A stretch of 20,355 nt of DNA from Ginkgo biloba (lineage: Eukaryota > Plantae > Ginkgophyta): the NCBI GenBank assembly GCA_024626585.2, contig JANKJI020000002.1, positions 199,114,582-199,134,936 on the forward strand, read 5' to 3'. Under the pieces are notes generated by a model. It saw only the letters and a list, made by a program, of their open reading frames with translations. It was not told where the DNA came from and ran no database searches. Of this stretch, positions 10,205 through 20,046 are shown piece by piece. Position 1 is the first letter of the stretch. Every line of letters begins with the position of its first letter. The position numbers and the translations under genes are program-made.

Positions 10205-12384
10205 TATCTTTAAAACTCTTCCATTTCTTCTCATCTAAACTTTTGAGCTCCTCCTCTGTGATCCAAGTGTTATCTTCGTGAGGTAAGCAATCCCATTTCA
10301 CCAAATATCTATTATATCTACCCCTTCTATTCTCCATGACCTTTCTATCCAACGCTTCTTCAATTAGCTATTTCTTCTTCCTTGGAACTTGTCGCTTCCA
10401 ATCAACCATCGCTTCCTCTAGTCGATCATCACCCTAGAATTGGTATTGATCCATAACATTAAAGATGGATGAGATATCATATTTTGTTGAAAAGTCTAAT
10501 TTGTAAGCATTGTCATCTATCTTCTTAATTATTTGACATGTTCTAATCTTCTTGTACTTCAGCTTATTGTAGGTTTTGGTTCGAAACCTACACTTTCTTA
10601 GGAACACTATAACCATGTCTCCAACTTTAAATTCTGGATGTCGATCCGTTACAATTTTTTACCTTGTATTTCTCTCTGATAATTTTTACCTCGCCTCTTC
10701 ATGAATCTACTTAAAACATCCATCCATGACATCGACATCATCACTGACTCATTCTTAGCTTGGAATATCAACCAAGTCCACAATAGTTTTTGGAATCCAC
10801 CCATAAACAACTTGGAATGGTACCAATCTTGTCAATTGGTTCACAAAACTATTGTATGCAAATTTTGCTTATGCCAATACCTAGTCCCACTGCTTGCGCT
10901 TATCTCCATCCAAACTTCATAATAGATTACCTAAAGATTTGTTCACCACTTCAGTTAGTTAGTTAGTCTATGGATGATAAGTGCTATTGAACTGAAGCTT
11001 TATGTTCAATTTTCTCCATAACATCTTCCAAAAATAACTTAAAAATTTATTGTCTCTATAGAAAGTAATGCTCCTCAATAATTCATGCAATCAGACTACT
11101 TCTTTGAAGAATAGTTCAATCGTCTGGTTCACATCACTGTTCTTTTTGTAAGGGATAAAATGTGCTATCTTTAAAAATCTATCTGTAACTATAAATACAG
11201 AGTCATTTTCTCTTTAGGTGCTTGACAATCCTAATAAAAATTCCATAAATATGTCAATCCATGGTGCTTCTAGAACTAATAATGGTTTATATAGTCTATC
11301 ATTTTGTGACTGTCCCTTGGCCATTTAACATATTTGACATTTCTCCATAAATTTTCTCACCTTCTTTCTCAAGCTTGGCCAAAAGTATCAATCTTCCACC
11401 AAAGTAATGGTTTTATCCTTATGAAAATGGCCTCCTAATTTTCCATTATGTAATTCATGGATTATGTTCTCCCACATTGAGTTGTTGGGTATACATAGTT
11501 GTCATCCTTTGAACATGTATCTATCCTATAAGAAATAGTCTCTGTAGAGCTCTCTATTATCTATGGTCGTATTCTTCAGATATTCTAAAACTTGTCCAAA
11601 ATATCTATCGGTGGCATATATATATTGACTCAAAACCAAAAACTTCATTGTTCATGGTGGTTAATAGTGTAATCCTTTAACTTAAAGCACCTTCCACTTG
11701 GTTTGTTCTTCCTAACTTAGGCTTCAACACAAATGAATAATTTTATAGAAATTCAACACACTTCGCATGCCAAATGCTTAGCTTCCCTTTAGAGTTTATG
11801 AACTTCAAAGATTGATGGTCTGTGTATAGCAAAAAATCATTAGGTAATATAAAATCACCAATATTTGATCATTTTCATGATGTCATAAAATTTTATATCA
11901 TATGAAGATTATTTTCTCCTGGCATCATTTAGCTTTTTATTGAAGAACACAATTAGTTGACCCTATTAGCTCAACACTGCTCTAATTTCAACGCCTGATG
12001 CATCACATTCAACTTCAAAGACTTTGTTAAATTTTAGTAAAATTTAAACATGATCTCTTATCATCTTATTTTTAAACAACTCAAAAATATGATGATTTAC
12101 ATTAATCCATTGGAATGTTTTCCCCTTCATGCACTCTATTATGGGTGTTATGATAGTACTAAAGTTCCTCACAAACTTTCTATGGAAACTTGCTAATCCA
12201 GAAAAGATTCTAAATTTTATGAAATTCTTGGGTACTGGACACTCTAAAATTACTTTTATCTTATCTAAATCCATCCTCAGGACTTCTCTAGAGATTATGA
12301 ATCCTAAGTACTTTAGCTACCCTTAGAAGAATCTACATTTCTTGAGGTTGACATACAATTTCTCCCTTATGATTATATCCAACA
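10205..12384 (-). pseudogene. Ty3/gypsy pol remnant: RT C-terminus, RNase H, integrase and chromodomain (element C)
   Basis: Minus strand: KLYVNLKKC...YLGFIIS...FSGLASFHRKFVRNFS...FEVECDASG...YTDHQSLKFINS...LGGHFHKDKT...TYNKLKYKKI...KKIDDNAYKLD...RYLVKWDCLPHEDNTWITEEE. Multiple stops and frameshifts. Confidence 0.95.
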
Positions 12385-12484
12385 NNNNNNNNNNNNNNNN
12401 NNNNNNNNNNNNNNNNNNNNNNNNNNNNNNNNNNNNNNNNNNNNNNNNNNNNNNNNNNNNNNNNNNNNNNNNNNNNNNNNNNNN

Positions 12485-13369
12485 AACATCCTTTACTCTA
12501 TATTGATCAATTTCTTGATCAGTTATAGGGGGATAATTTTTGTTTTCAAATTGACTTCAAGTTCAACTATCATCGGGTTAGGGTAAAACCTAAGAATGTT
12601 TTCAAAACAAGTTTAAAACACACTTTGGTGCATATTCAGTGGCTAGTCATGCCTTTCAATTTTTCTAATGCATTAGTTACATTTATGTGGATGATGAGTG
12701 ACATCCTTAAGCCATTCTTAGACTCCTTTATTATGGTGTATATGTATGATATCCTATGTTTTAGCATATCATGGGATAAGCATCTTGAGCATATCAGATC
12801 AGTCTTAGAGTAGTGGACCTATGGGTTACATGCCAGTATCCTTTATTATGATTTTTGTGAAAAAATTATTCAATATCTTAGTTTTTTAATGCATGAGCAT
12901 GGGGTGCACATGGATCCTCACAAGGTGCAAGTCTTAGAGGATTTTCCCCTTCATAGAATTTATATGAATTGAGGATTTTGGGGGGCCTTGATAATTTCTA
13001 TAGTAGATTTATTTCCTATTGTTGAGAGGCTTCTTATCCTTTATANNNNNNNNNNNNNNNNNNNNNNNNNNNNCCTGGACTTTAGCACAATTAGCATGTT
13101 TTTTATAGGATGAATGAGTTGCTTTATATAACTCGTGTATTAGCTCTTCTTAATTTGAGCCTTCTTTTTGAGATCGACACGAATGCATCTCAATATGCCA
13201 TGGATGTAGTGATTAAGTAAAGAGAAAGGAATAGTGCCTATCATTTTGAGACTTTCGCCTTTACTAAAGTTAATTATTCTACTTATGATAAATAACTTTA
13301 TGTTATTGTTAAGACTATCGAATTTTGGTTCCATCACTTGCTTGGAAAGGAGATAGTTGTTCATACTAA
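12485..13369 (+). pseudogene. Ty3/gypsy reverse transcriptase-RNase H remnant (element D), truncated by a nested insertion
   Basis: QWLVMPFNFSNALVTFM...VYMYDIL (decayed YxDD at ~12739)...HLEHIRSVL, then FEIDTNASQYAM...NYSTYDK*LY...HLLGKEIVVHT, ending abruptly. Confidence 0.9.
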
Positions 13370-14386
13370 TGAGATTTACACCTAGACTAAGTGGGTACCC
13401 ACTCCACTTACTCAAGTTTAATGTATTGAAAAACCTTCAAGTGATGGATTTTTTACAAATCCATTCAGTGCATGAGATTTGGATATAATTCCACTTATAA
13501 AAAAGATTGTACCTAATTTATAATTGTGTAATTAGTGGTCGATATTTGATTAGCTTAGATTATTGAATTAGTTGTAGTTTGTGATCAATCTATTAGTTCC
13601 AACCTTTTATGATCTTCAATTATGGAGCTAACTTTAATTTTTTATTACACAATTAATGTGTAATCCTTGATTAGTTTATATTATGGAGCTAACTCTAAGA
13701 GTAATTAGGGTTTGAGACTCTATTTAAGCACCTTGCTTGATATGTCAAGATCATTTTTTTCTCGTATATATAAAATTCTTTTTCTTTTATAACACAAGTC
13801 TAAAATTATATCATTGATAGTTCTTGAGTCTTGGATTTCAACTCATTAATCACTCTATAGAAGTGGTGTACCTAAATTTTTGAGTGGAAATCGTCCTAAA
13901 GTAGTTCAATGCAATAATATACTTCAGATTGATGTGTTAGAATCCATTAGAAGAATTCATTTTATGCAACCACAAAGGTTCAATTCTACTCCAACATCTT
14001 TAGTAAGACTTGTATTCACTTTAGTTTTTATATGCAATCTTAAAACATCTAAGTTTCAAGTTTCTGGCATTTTAGTGGATTTAGGACAATCATGTATAAT
14101 TTGATTGTGGATGCAATATCTTATAGTTTTTTAATTTTATCTAAGTTCAAAATTGCTCCAATAGATGCGTTTTTCCATTAGCTTTATGATTATATAAATT
14201 TTAATAAAAACTTAGTTTGTTTGAGAAAGTTTCAATCAACTTATTGATAACATATTAAAAATTTCTACATGTTGTTCAAGGCTTAAACTTGCCTTGTTTT
14301 AGCATTTTCGTCATTTTAGCTTGATTGAAACCTCTTATAAGTTACATATAAAGTAGTTTTGCTACAACACCAAGGATTTGATGTCA
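13370..14386 (+). mobile_element. 5' LTR of element E, inserted in the RNase H of element D
   Basis: Begins TGAGAT exactly where the RNase H homology stops and ends ATGTCA (5/6 inverted terminal match), 2 nt before a PBS. About 1017 bp. Confidence 0.7.
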
Positions 14387-14388
14387 AT

Positions 14389-14400
14389 TGGTATTAGAAC
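14389..14400 (+). promoter_or_regulatory. Primer binding site (initiator tRNA-Met type), decayed
   Basis: TGGTATTAGAAC versus canonical TGGTATCAGAGC (two transitions), located after CA-AT and upstream of gag. Confidence 0.8.
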
Positions 14401-14674
14401 CTAGTGCTCCTGAGGTATAAAACTCCATTTTTTTTCTTTTTCTTAACTCTTTTATTAATTAATTTTCTACCATTCTAGTTCATTCCTTTTAGCTAGGAGA
14501 TAAACCAACTCAATGATAGCTAATACAAAATGCAATCCAGAGTTTGATGCATCAAATGTGGGGAAAATAAATATGGAACATTTTGCACAATTCCTATAGA
14601 ATATGGTTCTTCAAAAATAATAGTTTGTGGCAACTCTCGCTTCTCTTGGAGTTTCTACTTCTTAACCTTAAACA

Positions 14675-15011
14675 CCTTCTACAAGTTTGAAGGTAGATAT
14701 GAAGATTAATGTCAAGCCATTTGATGGCTCATGAGATTCCCAAAAAGTTGATACTTGGATTAGAGAAAGGGAGAATTAGTTCAAGCATGTTAAAATATTA
14801 GAAGAAGACAAAATGGCTTTTATAGTAGTTAAGATTATTGGACTTGCAAGTATTATTATTATCGACGGGGTCTAAACCAAAATTCTATTAATATATGGGA
14901 TGATCTTTAATAAGCCATTAAAGATTCATTTTACCCTCATGGCTATGAGGAAGAGCTTAAAATGAAATAGACTCAATTGTAGAAGGGGCATGGGCAAAGT
15001 GTCTAATTACA
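14675..15011 (+). pseudogene. Ty3/gypsy gag remnant (element E)
   Basis: LKVDMKINVKPFDGS*DSQKVDTWIRE...EEDKMAF, then WDDL**AIKDSFYPHGYEEELKMK*TQL*KGHGQSV*. This fits the retrotransposon gag pattern (FDG..W; W..F.P..Y; LxQG..SV). Confidence 0.85.
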
Positions 15012-15744
15012 NNNNNNNNNNNNNNNNNNNNNNNNNNNNNNNNNNNNNNNNNNNNNNNNNNNNNNNNNNNNNNNNNNNNNNNNNNNNNNNNNNNNNNNNN
15101 NNNNNNNNNNNAATTAGATGGGCACATGATTTTTCTAATAGTTGAATATTTAACCAATAAGAAAAGGGTGGAATGTTCAAAACATATTTAAAAAATTCCT
15201 ATTTTATATGCAATATTTTAGGTACATTGATGCATATATATATGGCAAATAATATTCATAAAATATAGGTTTGAATAGTATCATAAACGTTTATGTACCA
15301 ATAATCGTATATTTTTAGATTGGATCAGTGTAAAATTATTTCTTCATATTACTATTTTTTGGGTTGGATGGATGCACATGTTATTAAATAACTAACTTCT
15401 TGAACCAATATGGAAAAGGTAGATGGTTGTATATGTTTTTAATTATTTTTTCTAAATTTGTAATATTTAGTATATATAAATAGATATACGTATATACATA
15501 TATTTCTATATGTATACACACTATATAAAAAAAGAATACTACGTCTGACTACATAAAAATAAAAATAATATAAACAATTGCTNNNNNNNNNNNNNNNNNN
15601 TATCTAGGTTGTGGGAGCATAATTTTCTTATTTGGATTGGTGTCAATTCTTTTGAATCTAATTACTATAGATTTCAACATGTTGATTATTGACTAATAAG
15701 ATTTTATTGTTATTGATCATTAAGAGTTCATCCTCATGTGTGTT

Positions 15745-15855
15745 AATGTTTCTTTTACATATAATATAGATATAATCTATGATTTCAAAACATGCAAATC
15801 AATGTTTCTTTTACATATAATATAGATATAATATATGATTTCAAAACATGCAAAT
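15745..15855. repeat. 56-bp tandem duplication (2 copies)
   Basis: AATGTTTCTTTTACATATAATATAGATATAAT(C/A)TATGATTTCAAAACATGCAAAT at 15745 and 15801, with one internal mismatch. Confidence 0.95.
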
Positions 15856-16116
15856 ACTACGTAATGGCCGACCACTTCATTAATAGGGTCGAGATCACAA
15901 CTTTATAGCATATGTGATTAGTTGTTGTTCACTTTTGAATGTGTGCATCTAGAAATATTTTTGAATTCTATGCAATCCTGTGATTCCAATAGATGCAAGA
16001 TAGACTTTGGATTAAACATTATACTAACCTCTACAACTTTTTTAAAAAAATTTTGAATCTCGAGGGTAATGAAATTTGACATTTGGAGGTTCTTTTAGAA
16101 GTACGATGGCATACTT

Positions 16117-16134
16117 TTCAAATTGTGGCGCGCG
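16117..16134 (-). promoter_or_regulatory. Candidate E2F/CDE plus CHR tandem cell-cycle element
   Basis: Minus strand reads CGCGCGCC-ACAA-TTTGAA, about 170 bp upstream of the candidate start codon. It is an isolated CG cluster in AT-rich DNA. Confidence 0.5.
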
Positions 16135-16299
16135 ACATTTTATTTTTGACATTATGTCTTAAACAAATCTGATAAAATAGAAAGCTTATGTTTTCTTCGA
16201 AATAAAGGAAGGAACTTTTTTTTCTTCTGAAGAATTGTCGCAGGGAAACACAAATCTATTTTGTTTGATCTGCGAAATCGAGAGAAAAGACAGATAATA

Positions 16300-16314
16300 A
16301 TGAGTGCGAGGGAA
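16300..16314 (+). CDS. CHR24: Candidate start of CHR24 exon 1 (MSARE..., remainder in gap 16315-16566)
   Basis: ATG with A at -3 after an AG-rich UTR-like stretch. The next exon (19187) starts mid-codon and needs an upstream coding exon. Cannot be verified because of Ns. Confidence 0.35.
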
Positions 16315-16789
16315 NNNNNNNNNNNNNNNNNNNNNNNNNNNNNNNNNNNNNNNNNNNNNNNNNNNNNNNNNNNNNNNNNNNNNNNNNNNNNNNNNNNNNN
16401 NNNNNNNNNNNNNNNNNNNNNNNNNNNNNNNNNNNNNNNNNNNNNNNNNNNNNNNNNNNNNNNNNNNNNNNNNNNNNNNNNNNNNNNNNNNNNNNNNNNN
16501 NNNNNNNNNNNNNNNNNNNNNNNNNNNNNNNNNNNNNNNNNNNNNNNNNNNNNNNNNNNNNNNNNNTTCTATGTTAAGTGCCCGTATTTTTTTCAGGGTT
16601 ATTTCTTACACGGCTTTGTAAATTCAGACTATCACAGAAATTTATTTTAATTTGCTGAAATCGTTCTTCGACTTGTGTCAAGGATACATGCAGTCGAAAG
16701 CATGATTTTTAGAAACCATGAAAGACTGCAGAAATCAATCCCGATTTAGGAAACACTTGAATATTGTATAACCTAGGCAATGTTCATTA

Positions 16790-17390
16790 TTAAGTTCTCG
16801 TTCGAAGCTTATTCAAGGCTCTACAATTAAATGCGGGCATTGCTTTTCTGCGTGAGCCCTAGGATCGATTCCTGCACCTGTTTATTTTAAATACATTTTT
16901 TAGCATCAGGCAGCGAAACGAATTCGCCGTTCACGCGTTTTAGATTTCCACAGTCATGTGCAATCAAATGCGGGAAGTGTTTCCCTCTATATAACCTAGT
17001 TTCCCCGAAGCTCTTGATTTAAGAGTTAATTTCACGGATACTGACCTTGCGCGTGTAGACCGTTCTCATATTGTGGATTTCCACAGGCAAACGCTACTGA
17101 AGGCCCTACAATAAAAAATGGGGACTGTTTCTCGCTGCTATTAATCCTGCAGCTCTTTATATAGGCGAGTTTCGACAGGAGAAAGTCTAAAATATAGTGT
17201 GGAGGTCTTTCAGACTGTCTGGATTTCCACAGACAAATTCTGTCAAAGACCCTTCAACCAAATTCTGAACTGCTTTCATCTGTATGCCTTAAAATTGATT
17301 CCTGCAGCTGTTAATTTGAAGATGAGTTCAGCAATAGCAAACTATAATCCTGGAGAGGAAACTGTTCACATGTTGTCTATTTCTATGGCA
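16790..17390. repeat. Diverged tandem array, about 4 units of ~130-155 bp, in putative intron 1
   Basis: GATTTCCACAG at 16943, 17076 and 17222. ATTCCTGCA(G/C)CT-like motif at ~16867, 16999, 17143 and 17297. AAGGC(T/C)CTACAAT at 16815 and 17100, with a variant at 17246. Confidence 0.75.
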
Positions 17391-17487
17391 TTTTTTGTTG
17401 GTGTAAGGTTCGGGTTCACACTGACCGGTATCCTGGAGTCGAAGCCACTTTGTGCTAACTGCTATGCTGGAATAAGGGCCTGTTCTC

Positions 17488-17818
17488 ACTTCTTGATAAA
17501 TCAGATAAATTAAGTAGACTAAAAATTTCAATGGAGATTGTGGAGCATTGCACTTCATTTTGTTAAACAACTCTACTTAGAGTAAGTCAAATTCTGCAGT
17601 TCTGTACCTGAAGAAGTGCAAAACAAATTTGGTAAATTCAACTTCTTGATAAATCAGATAAATTAAGTCGATTAAAAATTTCAATGGAGATTGTGCAGCT
17701 TTGCACTTCATTTTGTTAAGCAACTTTACTAAGAGTAAGTCAAATTCTGTGGTTCTGTACCTGAAGAAGTGCAGCGTTGCAGTTGGCAGAATTCTGTGGT
17801 TTTGTACCTGAAGAAGTG
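17488..17818. repeat. 153-bp-period direct duplication plus partial third copy
   Basis: 17488-17620 vs 17641-17773 differ at 9 of 133 positions by manual count. AATTCTGTGGTT(C/T)TGTACCTGAAGAAGTG recurs at 17790-17818. Confidence 0.95.
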
Positions 17819-18146
17819 ATTGAACAAATTTTCAACCCATTCCTCCGATTTTACTTGTTTCTTAATCTTTATGAGGTGTGGGGACCCCAAGATGAAAGAA
17901 ATTATTTTGTGGTAAATTCAATTAGAGTACATGCTTTTTAGTTCTTTAAATACCTCCTGAAGTGCTTTTGGGGTGGAAAGATTACAAGGTAAAATGCATC
18001 AGGCAAACGTTTAATCTTCATATATGTCTGAAGATCAAATTCATTGTGTGCTTTACATACTGTGGGAGGCACAATTCTATATAATCCCCTGGAAGTTAAA
18101 ATGTGTCATGGGAAAGAATTCGTGGCTAGGAAAAGGTGCAAGGTTT

Positions 18147-18354
18147 GTTCGACCAAACTATTTGTTCGATCGAATAAATAGTTTGGTCAAACTTATTTTT
18201 CACCAATTCAAAATTTTAAAAACTGAGCGCACGCATAGGATGTTTTTTGAAATTCAAAATTTTGGACAGCCAAATATTCAATCGAACTACTTGTGTGCCC
18301 AAACTTTTGTTCGTACAAAAATTTTGGCCAACACCATTTTGTGAAAAATGGTGT
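18147..18354. repeat. Cluster of palindromes/hairpins (possible non-autonomous DNA-transposon remnant)
   Basis: 46-bp loopless palindrome at 18147-18192 (21/23 arm match), TTTTGT-tcgt-ACAAAA at 18305-18320, and ACACCATTTT-gtga-AAAATGGTGT at 18331-18354. Confidence 0.7.
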
Positions 18355-19186
18355 CACATTAGCATGCTTTCACCCATTGAAAAAAATTAGAATAAAATAT
18401 ATACCTCTAGGTGGATCTCCCAGACCACCATGTGCCTTAGATTATTTATCTCCATCTATTACACCCTTTATGGCATCTCTAAGGGCTATGCTCTCTGTCA
18501 CATATCCAAGAGGGTCTCCTATAATATGAGCTAAACCCTACACCTGGCCTCCTTGGACCACTCCTCTTGTTCCAATATCACCCACAGGGGGCACTACCAC
18601 TCCCTCACCCATATCAATAATAGGAGGAATNNNNNNNNNNNNNNNNNNNNNNNNNNNNNNNNNNNNNNNNNNNNNNNNNNNNNNNNNNNNNNNNNNNNNN
18701 NNNNNNNNNNNNNNNNNNNNNNNNNNNNNNNNNNNNNNNNNNNNNNNNNNNNNNNNNNNNNNNNNNNNNNNNNNNNNNNATAATGATTAAAAATCCATTT
18801 GATGTTGCAGAAACTGGATTAGGTGATTAAAAATTCTGTTTTTTTCACATAGTTGCTTAAATGCAGTGCTTTGTCTGCTGCTTAAGGAACAATCATGTCT
18901 ACAAACCTCTGAAGGCCATATAAAGTAAATTTAATATACTTTTTTGGCCTGTATGCACTAGGTAGCTTTCACTTTCAATATCATTATTAAAACTTGTTGA
19001 AGGCTGTAGAAATTAAATGAAAAGTGGGAAGAGCATTTTTCTGCAAAACCCATGCAGCGAATGTTGTTGGTCCTGTTCTGCAGATTATCTGCAAGTTTCG
19101 CATTCAGATTTTGCTGGGCTAATCCCTTACTTCTTTAGCTTCTAGGCTTCTACCTGTTTTTTTACCTAGCGATTTTGCATGTGCAG

Positions 19187-19857
19187 GGAAGAGTTATGGT
19201 AAAGTGAAAGTGGCTGGANNNNNNNNNNNNNNNNNNNNNNNNNNNNNNNNNNNNNNNNNNNNNNNNNGAGCTCCCATAGTAGGGTGTCTGATGAATCAGC
19301 AACATGTGAAAGAGTTGTGGATGATTATTCTGAGGTGAGTAATGTGCAATCCCAAGATATCTATAAAAAGGAGAGACCCGATAAAAAGCCTTCAAAGAGT
19401 AGGAAGGAGAAAAAATATGGATTGGATGAAATAAGCTCAAAGCTTGATTCACTAAGAATCGGGAATTCCAAAAGTGTGGTTCTGGATGATTCAATATCTA
19501 GTGCAGTGGAGAGAGCCAAATTCTCAGACACTACTAATTCTTGTAAGGACAAAGTGGATAGTGAGAACTATGGGCAATCTTTACACCTCGTGAATGACAA
19601 ATGTGTGGGGTTGGATAATTCAATATGTAGAGCAGTGGAGCAGACCAAAATCTTAGATACTTTCAATTCTTTGAAGGATGGAACAGACAGTGAGAATGAT
19701 GAGGAATCTGTAGCTTGCGTTGAGGATAAAAAGCAGGATGTTAGCAGCCCGGACTTTGAAAGTGCTGTTTCCATATTATCTTCAGTATCTGTTAAGGCTG
19801 GTGATGGTGAAGAGGATTCAGCTGAATCTTCAAGGGTTAGTTCATTGCATACTGGAG
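19187..19857 (+). CDS. CHR24: CHR24 (ERCC6L/PICH-like SNF2 helicase) internal exon, N-terminal low-complexity region
   Basis: TGCAG acceptor at 19182-19186, then KSYGKVKVAG[gap], matching the K(L/V)xGRRRLCK motif I recall from plant CHR24. The open frame continues with LDEISSKLDSLRI (cf. recalled Arabidopsis LDDLTSKLGTMSI) and DFESAVSILS. The donor is uncertain (GT at 19858 or 19836). Confidence 0.75.
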
Positions 19858-20046
19858 GTGATGCTGGAGAACATGAAAATTCTTTTCATCATAATTGGAT
19901 TTATATAATTTCATGATATAACCATTAAAAGGAAGCTAAATCATATAATGTAATGATGCCATGACTACCCCTATGGAGTGAATCTAATTTGTTCCTAAAA
20001 CTATGCTATATTAAAGGTATTTACTTTTATTTTTTTNNNNNNNNNN

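Noticed and set aside
12300-12600. Apparent head-to-head RT inversion or a single composite element
   Set aside because: The orientation flips exactly at a 100-N gap and the two RT pieces are from different families; adjacency is unproven.
15535-15862. 10-bp direct repeat AATACTACGT as a Mutator-type TSD, or a Helitron start near 15520
   Set aside because: No terminal inverted repeats or Helitron 3' hairpin-CTRR end seen, and the context is AT-rich and low in complexity.
16790-17818. Possible CRISPR-like repeat-spacer array
   Set aside because: Eukaryotic intron context, the units are homologous along their length rather than having unique spacers, spacing is irregular, and there are no cas genes.
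17199-18529. ORFs 17199-17513, 18024-18344 and 18293-18529 as genes
   Set aside because: They overlap repeats and palindromes in a putative intron and have no recognisable protein features.
19284-19916. Stand-alone 210-aa gene
   Set aside because: It starts at GTG inside a longer open frame, has splice signals around it and ends in intron-like AT-rich sequence; it is better explained as a CHR24 exon.
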